A DNA stretch of 64,000 nucleotides from Terriglobia bacterium (GCA_963666975.2 CAXVYR010000003.1:608001-672000), one strand, 5' to 3'; positions 40,318 through 50,877 are shown, counted from the first letter of the stretch. Numbers and translations are program-made. The notes: generated by a model not told the origin, from the sequence alone.

Positions 40318-41151
40318 CTAAAAGAAAGACGGTTCATCCCGGATCAATTGCTCGAACTCTGCCTGTGGCAGCACCTTCAACAGGCCGCGCATTTGGTAGT
40401 GGCCAAACCCGCACAGCTCCGTGCAGGCGATCTCGAAGGTGCCCACCTCGGTCGGGACAAACCACAGGTCGATGGTCATGCCCGGCACCGCGTCTTGCTT
40501 GACTCGGTGGCTGGGCAGGAAGAAACTGTGGATGACGTCTTTGGAACGCAGGCGGATGCGGGCCGGATGGTTTACCGGCAAGAAAAGCTCATTCAGTATG
40601 AGGACATCGTCTTGGGCGGCGGCGTCCTCCTCGTCCAATCCCAGCGGATTGTTCAAGCTGAGAAGTTCATGAGCAGTTTTTCCGAAGACGCCATCCTGCC
40701 CCGAATAACGGACATTCCAGGCAAACTGTTCCGCCGTCACTTCCACCGTGATCGCCTCCGGAGGCGCCGCCGCCGCGTAGAACTTTGCCCAGACAGGCAT
40801 GCCCAGCACAAATACGCCCCCCTCGGCGACTACCGTCATCAGCACGATGGGGATGAGAGACCAGCGTCGCTCCGCTTTCGGGCTGGAGAGCCGGTGTGTC
40901 ACGTTGGGTTTTCCGCTGAAACGCCACAGAAAATACCCGAACGCGATGTGTCCGATTGCCAGCAAGCCTCCCACGGTGACGAACAGGTATTGGAGCATGA
41001 CGTCAATCCCGGCCCCATGCTCGGAGGCAAGCTCGGGCAGCCAGCGCCGCGCGCCGACGACAATCACTACGAGGAGAATCATCCAGATGACCAGCGCCAG
41101 GAGCTTCCCTTCTCCGGCACTGCTAACGCTTGAAGCGACTTTCGCCTCCAT
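40318..41151 (-). CDS. ctaC: Cytochrome c oxidase subunit II (CuA)
   Basis: DVIHSF, KQDAVPG, CTELCGFGHYQM. Confidence 0.96.
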   Translation of the reverse strand: MEAKVASSVSSAGEGKLLALVIWMILLVVIVVGARRWLPELASEHGAGIDVMLQYLFVTVGGLLAIGHIAFGYFLWRFSGKPNVTHRLSSPKAERRWSLIPIVLMTVVAEGGVFVLGMPVWAKFYAAAAPPEAITVEVTAEQFAWNVRYSGQDGVFGKTAHELLSLNNPLGLDEEDAAAQDDVLILNELFLPVNHPARIRLRSKDVIHSFFLPSHRVKQDAVPGMTIDLWFVPTEVGTFEIACTELCGFGHYQMRGLLKVLPQAEFEQLIRDEPSFF

Positions 41152-41243
41152 CTGTATTCCTCCTTAAATCTTGTGCCAATCAGCTCGTCTGCAAAGTGGG
41201 TTGTCTCGCTTCCAGGTAACGATTCCGTCGTTCGGTGCGAGGA

Positions 41244-41675
41244 CTATTGCAAGCAGGCAAGCCTCTTTGCCTTTGCCCGCCGTGCCAATTCGGCGAGGGT
41301 CACGTTATCGAGCGTCCGACGCAACTGTGCCTGCGCCGTAGCCCAAACGTCATGAGCGGCGCACCGGGTTTGCAATTCACATCCCACACCTGCTTGCACA
41401 CAGACGTTCAGCCCGAGCGGGCCTTCCATGATTTCCAGCAGCCGGTACAGGGTGAGCTTGGCCGGGTCCATCGCGAGTTGGTATCCGCCGCGAACTCCCC
41501 GAAAGGATCGCAGGAGCCGCGACCGGGTGAGCGTATGCAGTATCTTGAGGAGAAAACTTTCCGGGATGTGCTCAGCCTCCGCGAGAGTCCTGGCTTGGAT
41601 TCGTTGTTCGCTGGCAGCAGCCATGTGGGCCATCACGCGGACGGCATAATCGGCTTCTCTGGATATGGTCAGCAT
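41244..41675 (-). CDS. Rrf2-family transcriptional regulator with Fe-S ligand motif
   Basis: DYAVR, FLLKIL..L, RGVRGGYQLA, Cx6Cx5Cx2H. Confidence 0.93.
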   Translation of the reverse strand: MLTISREADYAVRVMAHMAAASEQRIQARTLAEAEHIPESFLLKILHTLTRSRLLRSFRGVRGGYQLAMDPAKLTLYRLLEIMEGPLGLNVCVQAGVGCELQTRCAAHDVWATAQAQLRRTLDNVTLAELARRAKAKRLACLQ

Positions 41676-41795
41676 GAGCTTCGGCCCTGCATACATTCAC
41701 AAGTGCGTTCAGGCGCAGGCCGAAGAATTGCATGCGGACTTCCAATCCACACTAAAAGGATAAGAGTCTCAAACGGAAGGGCTTGCAAGTTTTCT

Positions 41796-41820
41796 AAAGT
41801 GGACTAAATGGGTCAGATAA
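41796..41820 (-). promoter_or_regulatory. Candidate IscR/Rrf2-type operator
   Basis: Minus strand TTATCTGACCCATTTAGTCCACTTT resembles the IscR type-1 consensus (ATAnnTGACn6AGTC). Confidence 0.5.
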
Positions 41821-41967
41821 CTCAACTTGGTGGGTTTGCTGCGGAATTGGCCGCATCGCCGGGAGGTGCGCAAGCAGGATGGTTCCATGCAGGAATGCCC
41901 GCAGACAATCTGCAGCGCGGGCGACGCAGCAGAACTTAACCGAGGTAAGAGCCTGCCCGCCGAAGTT

Positions 41968-44900
41968 CTACCGGCCTGTGATGCGGCTCAACTCCTGAGA
42001 TGAAAATTCAAAGATGTAGCGCACCAGAAGTTCAGCGTGATCCCCGTCGTATTGCCGGAAGCCTGGAGGCGTGGGACCGGCAAAGACCCAGCGGTCCCCC
42101 TCCCGCGCAAACAAGCCGGAAGGCATCGCTGTTCCCGGGCTCATCATCGAAGGATCCAGCATCCAGCGGGTCGTCCATCCAGGTTTCAAGCGGTCTCTTG
42201 ACAGCAAGAAATTCGGCGCAGTGGCCCTTTGGTCGCGGGCAGGGTCTCCGATGGCATGACACTCCAAACAGGGCGCTCCCTGGCTGGTAAAGAGCTGTCT
42301 AGCCAGTAGCCGCTCCTGGTTGCTCAATGGCTCCAAGCTGGGCGGAATGTAGGGACGGACCTGGGAAGAAAGCGCCTCAAAGAACCTGACGATGCGGAGA
42401 ATCTCCCCTTGCGAAAACGAAAAGGTAGGCATCCTGGCCTGCAGGTAGGGACGAACTCCATTGCGGTTCTGCGAAGTTTCGCTCATCGCCGGGTTTTCCA
42501 AAAAGTGCGCCAGCCACACAGGGTCTACGCGCCCCCCTTCCCCGATCAGGCTGGGCGGAATCTGCTCTCTCCAATCCGGGTCCTGGTAGCGGGGAAGGTC
42601 CATCAGCACAGAACGTTGCCCGACCCGAACCACATGGCAGCCCATGCAGTTGTACTTCATGACCACTTTCCAACCCTCTTGGATATCCCGGCGCTGATCT
42701 TCAGGCTGATAGAAATAGCGCGCGGGCAGGACGGAATCCGTGCTGCCGAGAAGGAAGGTCGTGAGAGCCGTGACCTCTTCCGGCTGTAGATTGAAGTTCG
42801 GCATGCGCAGTTTTTCGAGCGGCGGCTTCACCTTGCCTTCATCGAAAACGGCTGGATTCTCCAATTTGCTCTCGAAGAAACCTTTGTGGTTGTACCAGCC
42901 TTCTCTTTCGGCATCGTGCGTCAGCAAAGCAAAGTCCAGGCGCTCAATCGGCTTGCTGCCTTCCTTGGTCAATTCGGTTCCGATGCGGCCTTCCTCTTCC
43001 AAGCCGCTGATCTCATGACACCCGGCGCAGCCGTAGTGCCTCACCAATGCAATCCCCTCTTCCATCAGAGCCGGATCGTCCATGTAAGGGGCTTCCGGAT
43101 AATCCTCCGGCTCGCCCTGCCGCAGGGTCATCAGATAAGTGGCAATGTGGCGGGACTCCTGCACCGTCAGCCGCAGATTGGGCATCACCGTCATTTGCTG
43201 GACTTGCAGCTCGGCACCGTCATTGGGGCAGGTGGAATGATCCAGATCGAAGACAAACGGAAGCCCGTGGCGCTCGTAATCCTCCGGCCCCAGGTCGCGA
43301 TTCTCCAGCGGGCAATAGGGGCGCGTGCGCTCGCGCGGATTGTGAACCCAGCGCACCAGGTAATCATAGTTGACTTTCTCGCCCACGCGAGTCAGGTTGG
43401 CGGCAAAAGTTCCGCCCTCGGCTTCTTCAACCTCTCCAACCGAGTGGCACGCCATACAACCACGGGTCTCAAATAATTCTTTTCCTTGCGTGGCATCCCC
43501 TCGCGGATGGGAAGGAAGGTTCCCCTCCACGCCCGATTGCCAAACAAAAGCAGCGATGGCTTGGCGTTGCTGCTCTTCCAGCCGGAACGCCGGCATGCGG
43601 GTGCCGGGCCGGAAGGCGTGAGGGTTCTCCAGCCAGACCGGAATCCACTCCTTGCGCAGCTTGACCCGCACCTCCTTCAAGCTGGGAGCCACCTTCTTCC
43701 GTTCCATCAGAAGGTTTCGGAGCCGTATATTCAGTTGCTCCATCTCGGTGTCCATGACGCTCATTTCCACACGGAGGTTATCCGCCAGACTATAGAGCCG
43801 GTCGGCTTCATCATCGTCCAAGGATTGATCGGCGCGGGCGATGCTCCTTTCGACTTCGAGCTCATGCTCGTAACGCTGCTGTTTCTTTTGGCTGACCACC
43901 AGCTGCGCCGCCAGATACTGTTCCCCTTCGGTGTCATAGCCTTCGTAGCGATGGCAACCGACGCATCCGCGATGGTCAAACAAATTCTTCCCCTGGCTCA
44001 GCGTCTCCGCATTTCTCAGATACAGGTCGTTGGTGTGGCATTGCTGGCAGCCCGACTCGATATTTTCTCTGTGATACAGCGGCCAGAGCCAAAACTTGTG
44101 CCGGCCGTGACCTTTCTCGATGCTGCTGGTCGCCCTGCCGTTGCCGTTGTGGCAAGGAGTGCAACCAAACTGCTCCGGATCGTGAATCTCCAGCAGCTCC
44201 ATCCGCGGGTGGCTGGTAAAGACCGCTTCGCCTCCCATGTCCGCTTGGGTCAGCGTCACGGGCTCCCGTGTACCCAGGTGACAGGATTCGCAGCGGTCGA
44301 CCAGATCCACATCCACCACGTGAATCTGCTTGATCTCCGATCGGAACGCCTCCATGTTCCGCACCAAGCCCTCCATCTGAGCTTCCGTCAGCCCCGCCAG
44401 GTGGTCCCGCAAATAGGCGTTGCGCGCCTCCCGCAATTCGCCGGACGGTCGCTGCAACTGGATGCGCTCGGTTTGCAGGTCCGCCTTCCTTATCTTCAGC
44501 CGATTCAACTCCCCCTCTAAGGATTCATAGTTGAAACTAGCCTCTTCGAAACTGCCATTGCCATCCGAGGTCGGCAAATCGACCGCTAGAACTCTTTGCC
44601 GCTCCTCTGAAATGCTGCTTGCAAAAGCTGCTTTCGCCCCGTCGCTGGAGGAAGTCTCCATCTGATAGGTCAGCGCCTGCACCTGACCCCGCGCCTCCGC
44701 GAACACTTTATTCAGGACGGAGATTTTGGGATTGAGGTCACGGTTGATCTCCCGGTCAATCTCCCCGATGCGGTCCCGGATCGCTTCCTCCGCCTCCGCC
44801 AACTCTTGCTCCAGTCTTTGAAATTCCTCCGACTCCCGCACCTCTGTTTCGAGCTGGGCCTTCGCAGGGATGGCCTTGTCCTGCAGGAAGCTGATGTATT

Positions 44901-45066
44901 GCCGGACGAAACGCGCCTGGTATCCTTTCCATGGGCGCGTGGCGTAGACCTCGTCGTAGAGCGCCCAGACCAAGGTGCCTATCAAAATAAGGGAAAAAAT
45001 CACTAAGAGCCCGCTCAGCGATTGGCTGAGAATCGGGTCCTTCTCTGTGGAAGGAGTTTCAGGCAT
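41968..45066 (-). CDS. Membrane-anchored octaheme cytochrome c (Rieske/b complex subunit)
   Basis: Eight CxxCH motifs (CESCH, CTPCH, CQQCH, CVGCH, CMACH, CAGCH, CMGCH, CLECH); N-terminal TM; coiled-coil-like inserts. Confidence 0.92.
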   Translation of the reverse strand: MPETPSTEKDPILSQSLSGLLVIFSLILIGTLVWALYDEVYATRPWKGYQARFVRQYISFLQDKAIPAKAQLETEVRESEEFQRLEQELAEAEEAIRDRIGEIDREINRDLNPKISVLNKVFAEARGQVQALTYQMETSSSDGAKAAFASSISEERQRVLAVDLPTSDGNGSFEEASFNYESLEGELNRLKIRKADLQTERIQLQRPSGELREARNAYLRDHLAGLTEAQMEGLVRNMEAFRSEIKQIHVVDVDLVDRCESCHLGTREPVTLTQADMGGEAVFTSHPRMELLEIHDPEQFGCTPCHNGNGRATSSIEKGHGRHKFWLWPLYHRENIESGCQQCHTNDLYLRNAETLSQGKNLFDHRGCVGCHRYEGYDTEGEQYLAAQLVVSQKKQQRYEHELEVERSIARADQSLDDDEADRLYSLADNLRVEMSVMDTEMEQLNIRLRNLLMERKKVAPSLKEVRVKLRKEWIPVWLENPHAFRPGTRMPAFRLEEQQRQAIAAFVWQSGVEGNLPSHPRGDATQGKELFETRGCMACHSVGEVEEAEGGTFAANLTRVGEKVNYDYLVRWVHNPRERTRPYCPLENRDLGPEDYERHGLPFVFDLDHSTCPNDGAELQVQQMTVMPNLRLTVQESRHIATYLMTLRQGEPEDYPEAPYMDDPALMEEGIALVRHYGCAGCHEISGLEEEGRIGTELTKEGSKPIERLDFALLTHDAEREGWYNHKGFFESKLENPAVFDEGKVKPPLEKLRMPNFNLQPEEVTALTTFLLGSTDSVLPARYFYQPEDQRRDIQEGWKVVMKYNCMGCHVVRVGQRSVLMDLPRYQDPDWREQIPPSLIGEGGRVDPVWLAHFLENPAMSETSQNRNGVRPYLQARMPTFSFSQGEILRIVRFFEALSSQVRPYIPPSLEPLSNQERLLARQLFTSQGAPCLECHAIGDPARDQRATAPNFLLSRDRLKPGWTTRWMLDPSMMSPGTAMPSGLFAREGDRWVFAGPTPPGFRQYDGDHAELLVRYIFEFSSQELSRITGR

Positions 45067-45150
45067 TCTCTAGTCTCCGTGGCTGATGAAAAGATTCCGT
45101 TGCTTCGATGTGGAAGCATTCGGCAAATCGAAAATCTCAAATATTAAACC

Positions 45151-46086
45151 TCAAATATTAAACCAGGGCGTCACCCACACGTACTTGATGCGGAATACCA
45201 GCCGCAGCAGAATCTTTGCGGGCAAAAGCATCATGGTGGTCAGCAGCATTTGCAGCGTCAGATACTGCAACAGAGTCATCCGGGCGTAAATCTTGCGGTT
45301 GAATTCGGTCAGGATGAACAGCTTGTGGACAACCCAGCCTGCCACCGCAAAATACAAACCCACGGTGAGGGCGCCAAAGATGCCCTGTCCCCAAGCGCCG
45401 GTGATCCCCACAATCTCGTGCAGGTCGCGGTTGGTCTCAAAGACTAACCGGTTGTGATCCCATGTCTCACCCGGCCAAAACCACATCCAGCCCGGACCTC
45501 GAATGAAAGTGCCGATAATCACCATCAACACCCACAACCCGACGAATCCGAACAAGAAGGTCAGGATGGCAAATTTTCTTTGCCTGAAGGTGTAATAGCC
45601 GCAACCCAGAGGATTCGTGTCCAGGTAAGGGATCGCCATGAGACCGACGACGATCAAAGTGGGCAGGATGACCCCTGCCATCCAGGGATCAAAGTAAACC
45701 AGCATCTCCTGCAGTCCCAGAAAGTACCAGGGCGCTTTGGCTGGATTCATGGTCAGGCTGGGATTGGCGGGCTCCTCGAGCGGCGCATTCAGAGTGATCG
45801 ACCAGACCATCAAAATGACGGTCACAACGAGGGCCGCCAGAAACTCAATCCGCAGCAGGAAAGGCCACACATGCAGTTCCTTGGCCCATCCTGATTTGTA
45901 GGGCTGGGTCTTGCGGTGGTGCGTCTTCGCCATTTCGGGATCAGCTTCGAGTTGTGCGATCAGCCGGTCATTGGCAAAGCCCTGCCGGAGCCCGTACCAA
46001 ATATAGAATGGCACCAAGAACACCAACCCCACGATGGGGACGTTGTCCGGAGTGCTGACAATTACCCAAAGCTGATGCCAATCCAT
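45151..46086 (-). CDS. petD: Cytochrome b C-terminal half (subunit IV/PetD-like), extended
   Basis: PLEEPANP..T.NPAKAPWYFLGLQE, IPYLD. Confidence 0.8.
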   Translation of the reverse strand: MDWHQLWVIVSTPDNVPIVGLVFLVPFYIWYGLRQGFANDRLIAQLEADPEMAKTHHRKTQPYKSGWAKELHVWPFLLRIEFLAALVVTVILMVWSITLNAPLEEPANPSLTMNPAKAPWYFLGLQEMLVYFDPWMAGVILPTLIVVGLMAIPYLDTNPLGCGYYTFRQRKFAILTFLFGFVGLWVLMVIIGTFIRGPGWMWFWPGETWDHNRLVFETNRDLHEIVGITGAWGQGIFGALTVGLYFAVAGWVVHKLFILTEFNRKIYARMTLLQYLTLQMLLTTMMLLPAKILLRLVFRIKYVWVTPWFNI

Positions 46087-46130
46087 TCACTTACCTCCGC
46101 TCTCCTGGAACTCGCTTGCCCCGCGGCCGT

Positions 46131-47030
46131 TTAGGGTTTTATTTCCTTCTCCAACATCATCGGAGACGGCCCGGAGATTCCTCCATCTTTCCGCACACGC
46201 CAGAAATGGACGATCATGAAGGTCGCGGCGATGATGGGGATGCCAATGCAGTGCCAGATGTAGGCCCGCAGCAGGGCGTTGGAATCGACGATGGACCCTC
46301 CCAGCAGGGCGAACCGCACGTCGTTATAGGCCGTCATCCCCATTTGCGGTCCAAAAGGACCTTCATGTCCCAGCATGGGGCTGGCCCGGGCCATATTGGT
46401 GCCCACTGTCACGGCCCAGAAGCCGAGCTGGTCATCGGGCAACAGGTAGCCGGTGAAGGAAAGCAGCATGGTCAGCACCAGTAAAATCACTCCCACCGAC
46501 CAATTAAACTCTCGCGGCTTCTTATAGGAACCCGTCAGAAAAACACGCATCATGTGGAGCCAAACCGTGATGATCATCAGATGGGCTCCCCATCGATGCA
46601 TGTTCCGGAGGAGCTTTCCGTAGGGGACGTCGTGTTCCAGGTAGAGAATGTCCCGGAACGCCACGATCTTGCTCGGATGGTAATAAAACATCAGAAGGAC
46701 GCCCGTGAGGGTCAGCACGACGAACAGATAAAACGTGATGCCGCCCATCCCCCAGGTATAGTTGTAGCGAACGGCGTCCCGATTGATCCGGGCGGGATGC
46801 AGATGCAAAAAAACGTTGCTCAGCACTCCCAGCGACCGGCTGCGGGGCGTTTCATCGTGCTTGACGCGGAGAATCGACTTCCATAGCTGGGTTTTCTCCG
46901 GCTTCTTCAAACCCTCCAGGTCCTGGTTTAATTTATCCTGGAAGGGCTTGACCCCTTCTTTTACCTTGTCCAAAAGGCCGGGCGGCTGGCCGCCTTCGGG
47001 ATTCTGCTTCTTCTCATCTGCCATCAACAT
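46131..47030 (-). CDS. petB: Cytochrome b N-terminal half (b6-like)
   Basis: TGVLLMFYY, RNMHRWGAH...HMMRVF, PREFNW, TGYLLP, heme His pairs. Confidence 0.93.
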   Translation of the reverse strand: MLMADEKKQNPEGGQPPGLLDKVKEGVKPFQDKLNQDLEGLKKPEKTQLWKSILRVKHDETPRSRSLGVLSNVFLHLHPARINRDAVRYNYTWGMGGITFYLFVVLTLTGVLLMFYYHPSKIVAFRDILYLEHDVPYGKLLRNMHRWGAHLMIITVWLHMMRVFLTGSYKKPREFNWSVGVILLVLTMLLSFTGYLLPDDQLGFWAVTVGTNMARASPMLGHEGPFGPQMGMTAYNDVRFALLGGSIVDSNALLRAYIWHCIGIPIIAATFMIVHFWRVRKDGGISGPSPMMLEKEIKP

Positions 47031-47162
47031 CTCCTATTTCTAAACAATCAACGCCGGTTGCGATTCTTCCCTCTTGGAGTGGGGCTAATCTCCCCGTGCA
47101 ATTGCAAACGGCTTCGGGAACGAGCAGCGATGCATGCACAGTCTTCCCGATCCAGAACTACA

Positions 47163-47708
47163 CTAGCCCCGCAAAATGGCGTTTAGGTCGTCAAACGGGA
47201 ATTGGTACAGGACGCTGGTGTCGACCTCGATTTCGCCTGTCGGGGTCATCACAATGCGCGCCCGGTCCATCGGGCGAGGGGCAGGGCCCTCGAAGTTGAT
47301 GCCCTCGCTGTCGTAGCCACTGCCGTGGCAAGGACACTTAAATTTATTTTCGCTTTCCTTCCAGTCCGGCGTGCAGCCGAGGTGGGTGCATCGGGCGAAG
47401 ACTGCAATCAGCCCCTCGGCGTTCCGGACAATCCAAATGCGGTGGTCTTTCTGAAATTTTGTGTCCACGCCAAAGGCGAAGTCCGCAGGATAACCCGCTT
47501 TAAAAACCGTCTTAGGCTCGAAAAGAGTGCGGGGAAAAAAGAACCGCATGAACATGAGCAAATTAATGCCGAGGAATCCCAATATGGAAGCTCCGACGAG
47601 TCTCCGGCGGATCTTCACGCTTTCAGGCGACAAAGCCCCGTCGCTCCCTTTCCCCCCAAGTCCCAGCATCTGAGACAACTTGCCAAAAAAACCTTTTGAC
47701 TCATTCAT
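47163..47708 (-). CDS. petC: Rieske 2Fe-2S subunit
   Basis: CTHLGC, CPCHGS, GPAPRP; RRR plus TM (Tat-like). Confidence 0.95.
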   Translation of the reverse strand: MNESKGFFGKLSQMLGLGGKGSDGALSPESVKIRRRLVGASILGFLGINLLMFMRFFFPRTLFEPKTVFKAGYPADFAFGVDTKFQKDHRIWIVRNAEGLIAVFARCTHLGCTPDWKESENKFKCPCHGSGYDSEGINFEGPAPRPMDRARIVMTPTGEIEVDTSVLYQFPFDDLNAILRG

Positions 47709-48015
47709 CGACGAATCAGTCCTCCCCCCTCTTCCGGAAAGATTCCAGCGATCTAAATCTAATCCAGCAATTCCCGCAAACGCTTATTTTTGTACGTGTG
47801 TCCTGGTGATGTCAAGAGGGTCTTTGAATTGATGCGCAAATTGGGAAGCCGCATGGTGGCGAATTCGGTTCAAAAGCAGGCGCAAGAAATGCGGCTCGTG
47901 ACGATTTGCACGCCCCGAAAGGCCTTCTTTCCGGCATCGCCAGAAAACCGCTCAGGTTGACGAGACCTGCCAAAGCCGATAAACTGACTCCATTCAAGAC
48001 AGCGAAATGCGTTGG

Positions 48016-48092
48016 GCGCCCGTAGCTCAGCTGGATAGAGCGACTGACTACGGATCAGTAGGTCGGGAGTTCGAATCTCTCCGGGCGCACCA
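48016..48092 (+). tRNA. tRNA-Arg(ACG)
   Basis: Acceptor stem GCGCCCG/CGGGCGC, anticodon loop CTACGGA, GTTCGAATC T-arm, encoded CCA. Confidence 0.97.
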
Positions 48093-48262
48093 TTTTTATT
48101 TTGTTATTTGCAAGCTGCTCCTCATCAATCCGTAGCAGGTAACAAACAGGTAACAGGAGGCTGCGCACAGCCATCGCGACATTCGCGCCCTCCACCGTGG
48201 CGGTGTGAGACGGCGGATTGAAAAGAACCAGTTGCTAAGGGAAGAATCCACTAGCCCCTTAG

Positions 48263-48726
48263 CTGCTTGTTGAAAAATTCACTCCGCGAGCGACTTTTCT
48301 GGAATAAGAAGCGTCTATCAGATGAACACGCCTCGAATCACAGGAGGTCCCCTGCGCGGAGAAGACTCGAAACAGGAAGCGATGTTCCGCTACGTGTCGC
48401 CGGAACAGCGAGTGCCGAGAGATCATCCCCTGCGACCGATCCGGGAGATGGTGGACACGATCTGGCAACAGATGTCGCCGCGGTTTGCCCGGCTGTATGC
48501 CCACCGGGGGCGGCCTACAACTTGGTTCGGTTGCGTCGACTGCGGGCGGAGGCGGTGGGCATGACCGCCCAGCTGCAAAGGCGCTCCGAAAGTCCCCAGC
48601 GGGACCTAGGGTAGACCTCTGATCTCTGGCCGGAAACCTCTTTACCCTTTTTACCCTTGTTTTAACTCGATCCGAAACGAAAATAGAAACGGAAATCATC
48701 ACAAACTCGGATTTTTCAACAAACTG
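48263..48726 (+). mobile_element. Internally deleted IS5-family element (MITE-like)
   Basis: TIRs ctgcttgttgaaaaa / tttttcaacaaactg with TTAG/TTAA flanks; N-terminal MF.YVSPEQRVP.DHPLR fused to C-terminal YNLVRLR. Confidence 0.8.
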
Positions 48727-49008
48727 TTAAACTCTTCCAACTCCCCCATGTCCCCTGCACCGATAGGAGCGCGGATTTCGTACGAGCCAAGCCGGTCACC
48801 GGGGGAAATTGGCGCGGATTACTCCTGCCAATGATTGAAATTAATGGGGAAAGATTACACGAGGGGAGAGGGGAAAGCAATTGGGGACAGGACTGAGACC
48901 TTGCCACAAGAAAGGCGAAAAGAGATTGATCCGATAACGGGGGGGGGCGTATACTTTGTACTCGGAGCTTCCGGATTAACCTGCGAGCAAAAGCTGAGGG
49001 GGTGAATT

Positions 49009-50877
49009 GTGAAAAAGCAATGGGTTTTGGGATTGGCGATATTGATGTGGGTAAGCTGGGCTGGACAGGACTTCCTGTGGGCTCAACAAGCACCGGATAC
49101 CATTCTCTACAATGGGAAAATCGTGACGGTGGACAACCATGAGGTCAATTCGGACTTGGGCACCATCGCGGAGGCGATTGCGATCCGGGATGGAAAAATT
49201 GTGTCCGTGGGAGGCAACGCTGAGATTCGCCGTCTGGAAGGCAATAACACAAAATCCCTGGATTTGAAGGGAAGAATGGTCATGCCCGGTATCGGGCTCA
49301 CGCACGACCACCCGCAGGACTGGGACCCCTTAAATCCGTATATCGTGCAAAAGGTGGTCACTGACGACATGCATATCGAGCGATTCTTTAACGATCCTCC
49401 CGACCAACAGTTGCAACAATTCCCACGGGTTTTAGAGGAAGCGGCACGCAAGGCCAAGCCGGGCCAATGGATTCGGATCAGCATGCTGTTTGGGCCAGAA
49501 TATCGCTGGAGAGACGAGATTACCAGCATGTTAGGGCGGCAGATTAACAAGCAGATGCTGGATCTGGCTGCTCCCAATAATCCGGTGATTGTTCGGGCGG
49601 GTTTTGTCGGAGTGTTGCTGAACCAAAAGGCGATTGACGCGACTAAAGAGTTCTATGGGGACCAATGGGAAAAGTTTGTCAGCAGCCCGCTGCAAAATGA
49701 CCGTATTGAAGAAACAGGAACCTGTGGAACCTGCTATCGGTTTGTGGAACAGGATGCGCTCTACCCACCCGATGTGTTAGCGGAGATCTACCGGCTGGGA
49801 TTGTCCTGGATGACAGGTTACGGTCAGACCCTCAACGCGACGGGTCTCTACACGGGGGGCGCAATTCGAGCCTACAGCACCTTGGATCGCCAGGGGCAAA
49901 TGGCGATGCGCATGGGCTGGGGCTGGTATTGGCCATATCGAAATGACTTCTTTTCTGATCCCTATTTTGTGCAGGCACAGGTCAGCCGGGAGGGCACGGG
50001 GTCGGATTATTTCTGGGTTGTCGGAATGACTTCTCGCATGGGTGGGGGCTGCAGCAAACTGCCCGGCACCTCCCCGGAGGTCAAGCAGCGCGAGGCCCCA
50101 TGCCGATTTGCCGATCCGATTGACTCGAAGGCTCTCTATGAATACATCAAGGCGGGCGGGCGGCTGGCCGGGGATCACATGATCGGGGATGGAGAAATTG
50201 ATCTGGTGTTGGACATCATCGAAAAGGCGAGCAAAGATAGCGGCATGACGCTGGAGGAGATTCGGGCCAAGCGCCATGTGACCGAGCACATGGCCATGTA
50301 TCCTCGGCCGGACCAAATCCCGCGCTTCAAGAACCTGGGCATTATGACCAGTGGTTGGGACTTCACTATCTGGGAAGGTGGAGCGTATTCATCGACCAGT
50401 AATGTTCTCGACAACTATGGCGAGCGAGGAGCCATGCAGATGGTTCCACGGAAGAGTCTCAATGCTGCCGGCATCATGAATAGTATGGAGTTGGATCGGG
50501 CCATCGCTGCCACGAACCTGACCCTCTTCCATGTATTGTATTCAGGAGTTACGCGAAAAGATTGGGATGGCCGAGCGCTCGCCCCACAACAGGCAGTGAG
50601 TCGAGAAGCAATGTTGAAGTCGGCGACGCTCTGGGGAGCCTATGGGGTGAAGCGGGAAGATGTGCTGGGCTCGCTGGAGACGGGCAAATGGGCGGACCTG
50701 ATTGTGCTCAATGAGGACTACCTGACGGTTCCGGTGGAGGAGACTCTCAAGCTGCGGGTGTTGATGACCATGGTGGGCGGCAAGACAGTCCATCTGGTTC
50801 CGTCGCTGGCCCGCGAAATCGGGATGCAGCCCACGGGGGCCCAGGTGGAACTCGGCGGACCGGCGGCTCAATGGTAA
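49009..50877 (+). CDS. Secreted amidohydrolase-3 (YtcJ-like) family protein
   Basis: Signal peptide; DTILYNGKIVTVD, DLKGR.VMPG...HDH, TEH, GSLETGKWADLIVL. Confidence 0.88.
   Translation: MKKQWVLGLAILMWVSWAGQDFLWAQQAPDTILYNGKIVTVDNHEVNSDLGTIAEAIAIRDGKIVSVGGNAEIRRLEGNNTKSLDLKGRMVMPGIGLTHDHPQDWDPLNPYIVQKVVTDDMHIERFFNDPPDQQLQQFPRVLEEAARKAKPGQWIRISMLFGPEYRWRDEITSMLGRQINKQMLDLAAPNNPVIVRAGFVGVLLNQKAIDATKEFYGDQWEKFVSSPLQNDRIEETGTCGTCYRFVEQDALYPPDVLAEIYRLGLSWMTGYGQTLNATGLYTGGAIRAYSTLDRQGQMAMRMGWGWYWPYRNDFFSDPYFVQAQVSREGTGSDYFWVVGMTSRMGGGCSKLPGTSPEVKQREAPCRFADPIDSKALYEYIKAGGRLAGDHMIGDGEIDLVLDIIEKASKDSGMTLEEIRAKRHVTEHMAMYPRPDQIPRFKNLGIMTSGWDFTIWEGGAYSSTSNVLDNYGERGAMQMVPRKSLNAAGIMNSMELDRAIAATNLTLFHVLYSGVTRKDWDGRALAPQQAVSREAMLKSATLWGAYGVKREDVLGSLETGKWADLIVLNEDYLTVPVEETLKLRVLMTMVGGKTVHLVPSLAREIGMQPTGAQVELGGPAAQW

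Noticed and set aside
48093-48258. Integrase remnant or arm sites after the tRNA (caggtaac twice)
   Set aside because: Too short, and no integrase coding signal could be read.
49720-49740. CGTCY in the amidohydrolase as a heme-binding motif
   Set aside because: It lacks the His of CxxCH.
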